This document shows positions 50,845 to 63,035 of a stretch of DNA of 64,000 nt, one piece after another; position 1 is the stretch's first letter; every line of letters starts with the position of its first letter. Origin of the DNA: Octopus vulgaris (lineage: Eukaryota); assembly GCA_951406725.2 (NCBI GenBank), contig OX597836.1:20336001-20400000 (forward strand), given 5' to 3'. The position numbers were made by a program, and so were the translations under genes. Below the pieces are notes generated by a model. That model ran no database searches and was not told the origin of the DNA. It worked only from the letters and a program-made list of their open reading frames with translations.

Positions 50845-52859
50845 TTGTATGTATGTATAATGTTTTGCAAGGACAAGGTTGATAGTAACTTTGAAGTTTC
50901 TCCAATGACCCTTTGACAGACTAATGAAGCCGATCACCACTGCAATTTCAGAGTCACTGTCAACCCTTTCTTTTTTGTACTCTGGTAAAATTACTTATCA
51001 AGTACTCTTTAAGTTAACATTTGATGATTTTGTTTTTAACATATGATTTTTTTTTTTATAAAACATAAGCATCAATATACACATATATTTATATTGCGTA
51101 TATACTCATATATACATACATCACTGTATTGATTAAACTTTTGAAGGTTGTTATACACCACTAATCACAATGCACTTCCTCACATTGTAGCTTTCAAATA
51201 ATGCCACTCCTCTGGCTAGGTAGCCAGGCCAACATTTCCCCTGAATGGTACGCCAGTCTATTGCAGGGTTACCTGTTTACAGATGAATTGACTGAGATGT
51301 AAAATGAAGTGTTTTGCTCAAGAACACAACACACTGCCCAACTAGGAATCAAAGCCATGATCTTGCGATTGTAAGTGCAACACCCTAACCACTAAGCCAT
51401 GCATCTTCACACATACATGTATACATATATATATATCTATATACACACACGTGTATTAAAATAAAAGACAAAAATCTCAAAAGCTTCATTCAGAAACAGA
51501 ATTATTTCTTCAAACCTCAATCTTGCCATATTTATTGTCCATTATATTCACTTCTAAAAAATGTTATCGAGTTTCCGTTCAAACTTTTGGAAATTATTAC
51601 CAAAATATATTTAAAAAAAGAAGAAAATATTCTAATCGAGACTAAAATCTAAACAGTTTTATTATATCTTCTGTTATTTTTGTACATCATTTCCTGGTCT
51701 TTCTCTTTCTCTCTTCACTCAAATTTCCAAACAACACCTTCTCCCTACCCACTGTAAATATTCGATCTGAACACAGTTTACACACAGGCACCTGACTTCA
51801 CTATCATGGTAATATCATTATTAGATGTTTTAGGTAGTGAACAGGTAATTAACCCAAGAAATCCAGTTGTTTGGACAGTGGACTTCACTGTTTCAAAATA
51901 TGGAGAAGAATAAAATAAAATACATAAAAAAAATCTGATATTTGCATTTTTCTTAGCAGATGTTTTCACTGTTGTACAATTTAGAGACTGTTCACTTCCA
52001 AACATAGCCACATTCATTAGTGAACGAACACGGCCACTACAATGTATATTATGTGTTAGAAACGTGCTGTTTACTTACTATGTAGGATCAAGTTCATTTG
52101 TGCCATATGATTGTTAGGGTGTGTTTATTGTACAATGAGCCTCTTACTACGCTTCAGCCAACTTACAACAACTCTTGAATATTTGCATCAAGGTTGTTTC
52201 TGTTGTATTACTCTTACTCTTTACTCGTTTCAGTCATTTGACTGCGGCCATGCTGGAGCACTGCCTTTTAGTCGAGCAACTTGACCCCGGGACTTATTCT
52301 TTTTTGTAAGCCCAGTACTTATTCTATCGGTCTCTTTTGCTGAACCACTAAGTAACGGGGACATAAACACACCAGCATCGGTTGTCAAGCAATGCTACAG
52401 CAGTGCTATAGTGATGCACTGTTGTGCAGGTCCTGCAGGGTGACTGACGTGGTTTCAGTCTGAAGATAAACCAACTGACCCAGATTCAACATTTATTTTT
52501 ATACAAGAAGGCCCCAAATTGACATCAGTGCCACTACTTTTATCTTTTACTAGTTTCAGGCATTAGACAGCTGTGATGCTGAAGCTCTGCCTTGAAGAAC
52601 TTTTGTTGGATGCATTGACACCAGGACTTATTTTTAAGTCTGGTTCGTATTCTGTTGGTGCCTTTTGCAGAACTACTGAGTTACAGGGGTGTATACAGAC
52701 CAAAATCGGTTGTCAAGCAGTAGTGGGGGACAAATACATACACAATAATACACACACACACATATGTGTGTGACTCGTTTCATGCAGGCATTTATAGAGT
52801 GGGAGTCAAACACAACTCTGAGAGACCCCAGCACTAACTGGGAAGAAGTCAGATGTTTA

Positions 52860-54235
52860 GCTCCTCCTAATGCAGACCGCACCCACTGTTCCAGTATACA
52901 AGGTTGCCATCAGTTCAGCCAGTTGGGGAGGTATACCTCACAGCTCCAGAATTCTCCAGAGCACATCCCAGTCCATTGAGTCAAACACCTTATGGAAGTC
53001 AACATAAGCTGCAAGCAGCCCCTGCCAAAAACCCCACCAGTGCTTGAGCAGTATACAGAGAGCCAGGATCCTGTTTGAAGGGTGTAGTGTGATGGAGGAA
53101 AAGGACAACAGAAAAAGAAGCAAACGGGGGAAAGAAATACAAAGGGCCTTACCTGTTGGCCTCAGCAGAATGAGCGATCACATCTTTGCTTGCTGCCGTT
53201 ACACTCCAGTCAGTGATTCTCCCTCATGTCCCGCCAGTTTAACCAATCTTCTGAGTTTGTTTGCAAATACGTCAACCTGTTCTCCAGTCCATTTTGCTTT
53301 TCCCAGGCGAGCACATGCTTCAAACATGCCCTCTGCAAAGGCCTCCATCAAATGGATTTCTATTTTCTCTGCACTAAGTTGGTCCCTCTCTTCCATTTCT
53401 AGGTACAGGTACAGCGGTATAAAACTTGCTAAGTCGTTTATACCATGGAGCTTCGCCACCAACTTCATCTTTTTCAACCAAGCGACTACATCCGTGTCAC
53501 TGCAAAATGGTTTGATCATATCGTTCGAAATACAGACAACACTCATTCGTTTTTTTTTTTGTTATGAGCTGAATTAGCTTGTAGTGTGATGAAGGAAAAG
53601 GACAACAGAAAAAGAAGCAAACAAGAGAAAGAAATACAAAAGGCCTTACCTGTTGACCTCAGCAGAATCAGCGGTCACTCTCAAGAAATAAACACGTCTT
53701 TGCTCGCTGCCGTCTCTGCTCGAACTGACCACACATGCTTCCTGCCCACGCATGCCCCTGTGGCTCTTCCGCCAACCCCTGCAGTCTTTACTTCCCTTTT
53801 ACCTCATCTAAAATCCTCTCCACCAACACCACATAGATCATCACAGCCCATAACACCGCTAACACCAGAAGGTGCAAGAAAATGATTTCACAGTCTGTTT
53901 AGAATAACCCTGGCAAAAACCTTACTAGGCACTGACTGGAGTGTAACAACCCTAGAGTTGTTATAGCTGTGGAAGTTACCTTTAATTTTCCAGATAGGGA
54001 TAATTATGCCCCTCTACCAGTTAGGTGGTATGATGCAACTGTTCCAAATTGAACGGATGATCTTCCACAAAAACAAGACTGCAAGAGGCCACCGTTCTTG
54101 ATTATTTCTCCATGGATGCTGCAAACACCAGCTGCCTTCCTGTCTCTCAACTGATTTACTGTCATACAAACTTCGTTTACAGTCGGTAGATCACAGATAA
54201 CTGGCAGGTCAGTCACCAGTGCTGAAGGCATTGCA
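52860..54235 (-). mobile_element. Old RTE-clade LINE RT fragment, split by an LTR-element insertion
   Basis: PTVNEV...QLRDRKAAGVCSIHGE...IIIPIWKIKG...SVPSKVFARVILNRL (53870-54235) continues as AAYVDFHKVFDSMDWDVLWRIL (52860-53075). Confidence 0.75.
53083..53864 (-). mobile_element. Internally deleted LTR retrotransposon: LTR, partial gag, partial LTR
   Basis: Direct repeat TGTAGTGTGATG.AGGAAAAGGACAACAG at 53083 and 53580; full LTR 53580-53864 bounded by TGT...ACA; gag-like ORF 53546-53199 (IKPF...DVVAWLKKMKLVAKL...EQVDVFANKLRRLV). Confidence 0.75.
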
Positions 54236-54239
54236 ATGT

Positions 54240-54468
54240 TTAACCCTTTCGTTACTGTATTTATTTTGAGATGCTCTGTGTTTCTTTCAATTATTTTAAA
54301 TATAACAAAGAATTTAGTAAAAATAACTTAGTTATCATTAACCTAATGTTAGGAATGTAAATTGTGACTAAGGCTTGGTGGAAGATTTTAATTCAAAACT
54401 CATGAAAACAAGACTTTTGTACTCAGAGCCAGAGCCGGTTTTGGCCAGGTTAGTAACAAAAGGGTTAA
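54240..54468. mobile_element. piggyBac-like MITE, family 2
   Basis: TTAA TSD and CCCTTTCGTTAC TIR; reverse complement of 2451-2679. Confidence 0.85.
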
Positions 54469-55031
54469 AGGACAATGTTCAGAGAGCTACCACCTTGAGC
54501 TCCTCTGTCAAGAGTACTCCATCAGAATCGGAGTCAAAAGTGTGAAGCTGACTCTTAACCACCTCTCAGATTCCTCAAACCTGCTTATCCAGATGTGGGT
54601 TAATTATAAGGGAAGAAAATTTATTGGTAGAGACACCTAAAATGATTAGTAACATTCCAGATAAGAAGATCAGATGTTCACACCTAGAATGCTTGTCAAA
54701 GGATAAAATCTCATTAGACAGAAAATTCTCTTTCAGTATGCAACAGGTCTTAATATCCTAGAAAAGAAGATGGGATGGCCACAGTTAGAATACTAGCCAA
54801 AAGGTAATTCTCTTTCAACATAAGTAGATATTGTAGAATGATGGAATCCCAATGTTACTATATTGCTGGTCCTTATATCAGAACAAAGTTATGGATTTTT
54901 CTTACCTGGGCTGGGCAATGAGTTGTGTTCTTTAGCAAGGCACTTCATTCCATAAACATTGCTTCAGTCTATTCAGCCATAAAAAAGAACCAGTCAAGTA
55001 CTGGTGTGGGTTTTTTAAAATCTTTTCAGCA

Positions 55032-55432
55032 GTGTCCAACCCACCTAAACTCTGGCCAGAACCTAATGGTAAATTCCCTCTCTGCACACAGCCACAAACA
55101 TCTGTCCTGTCCAACAACCCCAGTGGGAAAGAGACCATTCCCCTCACTTCCCTGCTTCAAAAGCCAAAGCCTGGTTTTGTTCTGTTGGGATGAAAGGGTG
55201 TCTGTGTCTGCTCAAAACTACACAGGCACCTAAAACAATGAATGAAATGTGTGGATGAGGTGAACCAGAAACATGGGGTCAGTGGCGTCACACAAACAGC
55301 TAAGGGGCCTTTCTGGAAGCAGGGGAGTGGTCTCTTGTATATTGGGATTGTTGGATAGGACAGATGTTTGTGGCTGTGTGAGGAGAGGGAATTTACCATT
55401 AAGTTCTGGCCAGAGGTTAGGTGGGTTGGGCA
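55032..55432. mobile_element. Foldback/MITE-like element with about 125-bp diverged TIRs
   Basis: 55032-55160 is an imperfect reverse complement of 55313-55432. Confidence 0.75.
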
Positions 55433-56189
55433 CTACTAACCTGGCTGGAAAGGATTCATGCTATGAGAGAACCTGCAAGGTTGGTGAATTGAGCTTGCTT
55501 TCCACAGACAACATAAGAGCATGGTGTATGCTATCAGGTTCTATTCACTTGTGAGTGACAGGATATGATGACGGAAATAGTAAATATAATATTCATAGAA
55601 CCGTAGTTTAGGTCGGTATTGCTGCTATTTGTGTTAAAATATTTCACTTCCATAATATTACAGCCCTTTATTGTATTTTTAAATAATTTACAACATTTAA
55701 GTACTTTTAATTTTTTTAAAAAATATTATTCCTAGCATTTTTCAAACTTCAGTAGAATAGTATTATTAAATCTTTTTCCTGAAAATAAAGAAGCCAACCT
55801 ATACAATTATTTTCTAAGATGGAATATACTGAAAGCTCACATTTTATCAATTCAACCAAATATCTGCTTCTTTCATTTATCTATTTGGAATTTATTTCCC
55901 TAAAAAACCTGCCCACAATATACTGAAATTGTAGAATTTGAAAACATACAAATGACATTTCGAAAATACTTGCATATTTAAAGATATTTCGAAAATCATT
56001 TGCCATTTACTACTAGTTGTGGTTTTGTTGAAAAAAGAGAAGTGGAGATTTTTTTTATAAAGATTATTTGATTGTTCATCATCTTCTTACCATCTACTTT
56101 TCCATCATTGAAATGTCATCTTCTATAGCCCAGGGCCAAAACTGTGTGAATAGATTGTGGATTTGGGAGATGGAAACTGAAAGAAGCTT

Positions 56190-56985
56190 GTAGTGTAGAT
56201 TTGTGCTGCATCCAAGAAGTAAGGTGGAGAGGAAGTTCTGCTAGGTTTCTCACAGGCAAAGAACATAGGTGTAAGATTTTCTGGGTAGGGAACACTGATG
56301 GGGTTGGGGGTGTGGGTATACTCCCTGCAGAGAAATGGGTTGATAAGGTAATCGAGGTAGTCAGAGTCTGTGACAGAATACTTAAGTGTAGATTAGTGCT
56401 GCAACATGGATTAGCAACCATTATCTCGGCTTATACGCCTCAGCCAGGGCTACCTGATGGACAGAAAGACCGATTTTATGACCTCGTCAACGAATGACGG
56501 ACCTTCTCTTTGTGGCTGGTGACTTCAAAGGGCATGTTGGACAACATTCAAGGAGCTTCTATGGTGGCAACAGATTTGGTTCCAGCAATGAGGAGGGAAC
56601 TAGGCTGCTGGAGTTCTGTGATGCAAATGATCTTATGGTCTGTAATACTAACTTCAGGAAACCTGCCAGACACCTGTTCACCTACCAACCTGGTAGACAC
56701 ACTAGCCAGATTGCCAGGAAACAGGAAAGATTGCTACTTATAAATGCCAAAACCTTTCCAGGTGAAGAATGCACCCCACAACATAAGTTAGTAGTTAGTG
56801 ACTTCATGATCAGGGCTTAATGGATGGCCAGAAGATGACCAGCATGGAAAAGAAGGGTTTAGAAGCTTAAGGATCCTGTGAATGGACAGAGATTTAGAGA
56901 CGTATTACTCGAAGCTTTTGACTAAAAAGATGAGGTTACAGCATCACATAATGTGGAAGACAACTGGAGGTTCCTATGGGACAAG
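56190..56985 (+). mobile_element. RTE LINE APE-endonuclease fragment (pseudogenised)
   Basis: CCIQEVRWRG...GVGGVGIL...SAYTPQ...VAGDFKGHVG...NEEGTRLLEFC...QHKLVV, with stops and frameshifts. Confidence 0.88.
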
Positions 56986-59790
56986 AGGGCATTGGCCATG
57001 TACGGATGGTGCATTTTACATGCCACCGGCACAGGTATCGCAACCACAATTTCCATTTGACTTTTGATGCTGACGTACTTGACTCAATAGGTCTCCTCAA
57101 GCACAGCAGGTCACCCTATGATCCAAGGCACTTGGGAAGGGCTGGGGCTTCTATGTGAAGCTGGTGCAAGAAACAGCCATGAACTCACATTATTTGTTGG
57201 GTCTTCGCAGTCACAGCATATCTCTGGAGGTCTCGGTCTTCTGTCATTGCCTCTGTGAGACCCAACGTTCGAAGGTCATGCTTGACCACCTCATCCCATG
57301 TCTTTCTGGGTCTACCTCTACTCCAGATTCCTTCAACTGTTTGGGAGTGGCACTTCTTCACACATCTCTCCTCATCCATCTGTAGTACATGACCATACCA
57401 GCACAGGCGTCTCTCTTGCATGCCACATCCAATGCTTCTTATGTCCAGCATTTCTCTCAGGGCACTTACACTCTGCCGTGTATGCACACTGACATTACAC
57501 ATCCAGCGGATCATGCTAGCTTCATTTCTTTTAAGCCTACACATGTCCTTCGCAGTCACAGCCCATGTTTCACTACCGTGAAGTATGGCAGTTCGCACAC
57601 ATGCGTCGTACAATCTACCTTTCACTCTGAGTGAGAGACCCTTTGTCACCAGTAGGGGTAGAAGCTTTCTGAACTTTGCCCAGACTATTCTTATTCTAGT
57701 GGTAAAACTCTCTGAGCATCCACCCCCACTACTACCTTGGTCACCTAGGTAGCAGAAACTATCAACTACTTTTAGTTTCTCCCCCAGGAGTGTAATGGAA
57801 TCAGTTTTCTGAGTATCAATGGTGTCTATTGCCCCTGTGCATCTGCCGCACATAAAAGCTATCTTCTCGGTTAATTTTCCTTTGATGGTGCTGCACCTCT
57901 TATGTGTCCATAGCTTACACTGGGTACATCCTATGGAGTTTCTACCTACACATTTTCTACAGATCTAGCAGCCCTTATTAACCATTCGTCAATCTCTAGT
58001 TTCCGCATCGCCCACCAGATAAGGGATCGGGGGACCCTGTCAAAGGCTTTCTCCAAGTCCACAAAAGCTATGTAGAGGGGTTTATCTTTAGCTAGGTATT
58101 TCTCCTGCAATTGGTGAACCAGGAATATGGCATCAGTGGTGCTTCTACCCGGCACAAAACCAAACTGCATCTCATCTAAGCAATCTTTCTCTCTAATGAG
58201 ATGGGCTATGACCCTCTCTGTGACCTTCATCACCTGATCCAACAGTTTAATACCCCTGTAGTTATTTCTATCTAGAGCATCACCTTTACCCTTGTAGCAG
58301 TTGAACTACCTGGTTTACAATGCGGGTGACCAGGCCATAGCCCACACCACCAGATGTTTTAAGCATCTCAGCAGTGATTCCTGATGGGCTGGGGGCTTTT
58401 CTTGGTTTCATACCCTTAATTGCTTTAAATACTAGGGAGCTGTCTATTCGGATGGCTGGTCTCTCTACTGGGTCAACATTTGGCAGGCTCTCCTCCTCCC
58501 ATTCATTCTCCACATTCAGCAGTCTCTCATATTGGCTTCTCCAAGCCTCTTTCTTTTCAGAAACATTGAAAGCAAGTGCACCATCATCCATGCAGACACA
58601 TTTCTCTCCTGTGACATCACAATTTTCTCTCACACACTGTCTTGCAATCCGAAATACCTCAGTTCTTTGGTCCTCACGTTGCTGGACATTGGCAAACTTC
58701 TTCTTTTCTGCTTCACCCTTGGCTATGTATACCTGCTGCCCAGCCTCCCTTTTGACTACCTGGTACAGTTCCCTGCTACCCCCATCCCTCTAGGTTTTCC
58801 AGGCATGTTTCTTTGCTCTAATGGTTTTGTCTACTGTACTATTCCACCATCACGTAACTCTAAGTCTGGAAGGGACTTTGCACCATCCATAGACTTGGTC
58901 TGTGGCACTCAGCAAGCTGTCCCAAAGGAATTTTCTGCTACCTTCTATGTCTGACGTCTGTAGCTCCTCCTTCCTCTCATCAAATTTCTTGATGAGGATG
59001 TCCCTAAATCTCTGACCATGTGAAGGGTTCCAAATCCTTCCTTCTTTTCTGGATTGGTATGCTTCTTGGTATCCTTCTGGCCTCGAGACTAAAGTCACTA
59101 ATGACTAGACTATGCTGAAGGGTACATTCTTCACTCGGAAGGGTCTTTGTATTTAAGAGCAACCCTGCGTCCCACTGTCAGGTGAGGATGAAATCAATCT
59201 GGCTAGCAGAGTCCCCTGACTGATAGGTTATAAGGTGGGTGTCTGGCTTCCTGATGTTAGTGTTGCCGACTGAAAGGTTACATGCATCACAGAATTCCAG
59301 TAGTCTAGTTCCCTCATCGTTTCGCATGCCAATACCATGGCCACCGTGTACCCCAGTGAAGATACCCAATTCCTGCCCAACATGTCCATTAAAGTCTCCA
59401 ACCACAAAGATGAGATCATTGCCACTCATCTTTGAGGTAGCCTGTAGAAGGGTATCATAAAAGTGGTCCCGCATGTGGGGCATAATTGTAGCTGTGCCGT
59501 TCTGTATGACTAGCCTGAGCTTAAGCACTCTATCGCATACCCTGACAATCTCTATGACCTTATCCACCCATTTCTCCGCAAGGAGTATGCCTACACCCCC
59601 TACACCATCCATGTTACCTTGCCAGAAGACTTTATACCAATATGCCTTGCCTGTGAGGACCCTAGCTGAAGCACCTCTCCATCTTACCTCTTGTATGCAG
59701 CATACGTCAACCCGTCTCCTTTCAAGCATCTCTACAATCTCACCAGACCTACCTTTCAGTGTACAAACATCGACAGTGCCAACTCTGAAA
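56985..59790 (-). mobile_element. Decayed RTE-clade LINE: APE, partial RT, PHD-like finger, C-terminus, 3'UTR
   Basis: APE (GTVDV, CIQEVRW, GDFNGHVG, QIDFIL); RT N-half (QFGFVPGRSTTDAIF, FVDLEKAFDRV); C-terminus (FCYLG, LHGSETW, WYGHVLQM, RGRPRKTW); multiple disablements. Confidence 0.92.
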
Positions 59791-60629
59791 ACTGGGAAGG
59801 TAATGTGGTGTGAGCTTTGGGGAGGAGGGATGTAATTCAGCGCCTGAAAAGAAGAGGGTGGTTGTGGTGATCTTTTTTTAGGCATACTTCATCTGATCTC
59901 TCTTCCGACCTGACAAAATTCAAGCATTTAGGCATGTTAAGATTGTTGCTCCTGCTGGAGGTAGGAGCCGGTGTTAGCAGCATTGTAAGCATAAGTATTA
60001 AGGTCATCGATGATGTAGATGTAAGCTGTGTGGCAGAAATATTGATATTCCAGACGTTAGTAACGTTGTAAGCAAGCATTATGGTCATTGAATGGTGTAG
60101 TTTTAAGCGGTGTAGCAGAAATATGGATATTCCAGTGTTAGGTTAGGAGGGGTTCAGCTGAAAACTGGTTGCATTAGCGGCGGGGAAGGATTCAGGCAGA
60201 GAGAAGAGAGGGATGAAGAGAGAGTGCAGGTAATATAGGGAACAGTACCGGTGAGGAGGGGGAGTTAGGGGAAGCGATAACTGGTAGGGGTGGTGACAGG
60301 TTCTAGACAGAACGAAACGTAGGATAGCACCAGTGAATAGGGGGAACTGGAAGAGGAGATAGCTGGTTGAGGTGGTGCCAGATTTCTAAACAGAAAAAAA
60401 CGTAAGATAACTGGTTAAGTGGGTGGGTTGATGAACAGCCACGCTAGCTGCATCTGTCCTAGGAGAGAGAAGCACAACCACCTGTCTTCGTCTTTTATTT
60501 TTTTCGTAAACTCTCCCTAACACATAGTGAAATAGCCCGTTGAGGAGTAGGGGTTGAAGAATAGACACACGTAATGGTGGTGGGAGAAGGGATATCAGGA
60601 GTAGATGGTGCGAATGTAGAGATATCCGA

Positions 60630-61708
60630 GAGAAACAAATATCATAGAGAAACGAATAAATTATTATCATAGAGAAACGAACAAATTATTATCATAGAGA
60701 AACGAATAATTATCATACTAAACTTTACGAGATACGAAATAAAATTAAAATTATATTTGAGGGGGCAATATCAATGGTTAGCTCATGAAAAACAAACAGT
60801 TAGTAAATAAATAATACATTTTAAGTGTTAGTGGCGAATGTAGTATGAGGGATCGAAAGAAATGAAATGAGTAGATCTTACCTTGCTTTGGACATCATTG
60901 GCCGAGGAATGAATTAATGGAAGGAAACACATGGGGCGAGTTTTTAAATATAGACCGACTGGAAGCGAGTTTAGGTTGGGGACAGACGAAAATGGTAAAA
61001 GAGGTTAAACAGGCTGCCAGAGGCAAAGTTTTGATTGGGGAAAGAATGTGAATTGAACGAGGAGAAACAAATAATTATCGCAGAGAAACAAATATCATAG
61101 AGAAACGAATAATTATTATACATTAGGCGCAGGAGTGGCTGTGTGGTAAGTAGCTTGCTAATCAACCACATGGTTCCAGGTTCAGTCCCACTGCGTGGCA
61201 TCTTGGGCAAGTGTCTTCTGCTATAGCCCTGGGCCGACTTGTGAGTGGATTTGGTAGACGGAAACTGAAAGAAGCCTGTCGTATACATTGTGTATATATA
61301 TATATATGTGTGTATGTGTGTGTGTTTGTCCCCCTAGCATTGCTTGACAACTGATGCTGGTGTGTTTACGTCCCCGTCACTTAGTGGTTCGGCAAAAAGA
61401 GACCGATAGAATAAGTACTGGGCTTACAAAGAATAAGTCCCGGGGTCGAGTTGCTCGACTAAAGGTGGTGCTCCAGCATGGCCGCAGTCAAATAAAAGAG
61501 TAAAGAGTAAATACTAAACTTTACGAGATACGAAATAAAATTAAAATTATATTTGAGGGGGCAATATCAATGGTTAGCTCATGAAAAACAAACGGTTAGT
61601 AAATAAATAATACATGTTAGTGTTAGTGGTGAATGTAGTACGAGGGATCGAAAGAAATGAAATGAGTAGATCTTAGCTTGCTTTGGACATCATTGGCCGA
61701 GGAATGAA
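60630..61708. repeat. Tandem duplication (monomer about 400-450 bp) upstream of the RTE element
   Basis: 60715-60913 is nearly identical to 61511-61708; GAGAAACAAATATCATAGAGAAACGAATAA recurs at 60630 and 61083. Confidence 0.85.
61125..61510 (+). mobile_element. SINE family A inserted in a tandem monomer
   Basis: Full-length copy interrupting the second unit of the 60630-61708 duplication. Confidence 0.88.
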
Positions 61709-62474
61709 ACATATATTTCATCATCATCATTTAACATCCATCTTCCATGCTGGGCCAGGAGCCACACCAGATTCCATAGTCTAATTTGGCTTGGAATCTA
61801 TGACTGGATGTCCTTCCTAATGCGACCCACTCTAGAGTGTGTACAGGGTGCTTCATACATAGCACCATAAATAGTGCTTTTTATATGGCACCTAGGTTTT
61901 ATGATCTCAATTCTGTTTTGGTGGGCATATATATAATTCAAAATAGTGGTGAAAGATGTGTACAACAACTGATGGTAAATACATTTCCTCAGCCAACTTT
62001 CGTTCCAGAATCATTAGGATTTCAGCACTTGGATAAATAGTTGGTATCACTCATATATATAAATGTGTGTCTCCTTGTCTTGACATCATGTGATAACAAC
62101 TGTAAATGAGTGTCACCATCATACAAGCAGTGTCCATTGTTTCCAATCCTCATGTCTGGTCATGAGGAAATGTTACCTTGCTTGTAAAGAAGTGAGGATA
62201 GGTGACAGGAAGGGCATCCAGCCATAGAAAACTTGCCTCATATCATTAAAAAGTTCGTCCATATTCAAATATAATTTCTCATTTAGTTTTAACACCTCAG
62301 CAACATCAACAAACTTTTCATCTGTTTCATTATGGAGATGGTCAGTAGCTCCTCCTTTTTTTAATTCTTTGGCAGTCAACTCTGAAAATGGTAGATTTTT
62401 CTGCCAGCATCTGCTTCCTTTTCAGAATATTCTCAAATGATTCAATTGCTTTAAAAATAAACTCAAGGGGGCCT

Positions 62475-62691
62475 TTAACCCTTTAGTGTTTAAACCGGCC
62501 AAATATTCTACCTATTTTATGTTCAAACTAGTCAGATATGGTCATTCATAGCTACCTTATTGTGTCATTTTAAAAATAAACAATCATATCATTGAAATCG
62601 CAAAGCCATGAAATGATGCAAGATTAATTTTACATGGTGTGAATACATAAGCTTTACATTTGACAGAATAATCTGAATGCTAAAGGGTTAA
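62475..62691. mobile_element. piggyBac-like MITE, family 1
   Basis: TTAA-CCCTTTAG...CTAAAGGG-TTAA. Confidence 0.82.
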
Positions 62692-62834
62692 GTCACAAGC
62701 AGCATTCTGAAAGTTTATGGTATGATCTTTGAGTTGCTTTCTATCACAATAAATCTGAATAAGAACTTTATTCCAAAATTCAAGCTAAACTTGGAATTTG
62801 ATTTTGCTCAGCTTTACAGAAAATATAACCTCTA

Positions 62835-63035
62835 GTGTGGGTTCAGATCTGACTGGTCTTCCACTGATGTGATGTGATATTCTCGTGGCACCAGCTTCAG
62901 GAGAAGTGCCATGAACTGGGGAAGAAAATTTACACAACTATTGGGGATCCAACTAAAGTACTTGATACAGTCAGCAGGTCAGATCTTTCTAAGGTCCTAG
63001 ATAAAGATGGACGTCCATCAACATTGTTCAAGCTA
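62835..63035 (+). mobile_element. Old RTE/BovB-like RT fragment
   Basis: GFRSDWSSTD..IFSWHQLQEKCHE...DPTKVLDTVSR is a decayed form of GFR..RSTTD.IF..RQLQEKC.E...DLTKAFDTVSR. Confidence 0.7.

Noticed and set aside
39250-52200. Possible second host gene downstream of the LRP1-like gene
   Set aside because: No exon chain or recognisable protein motif found on either strand; small exons of a long-intron gene cannot be excluded without transcript data
62173-62470. Minus-strand coding-looking stretch (ELTAKELKKGG...)
   Set aside because: Short, has stops upstream, no recognisable domain or splice context, and is bounded by repeats
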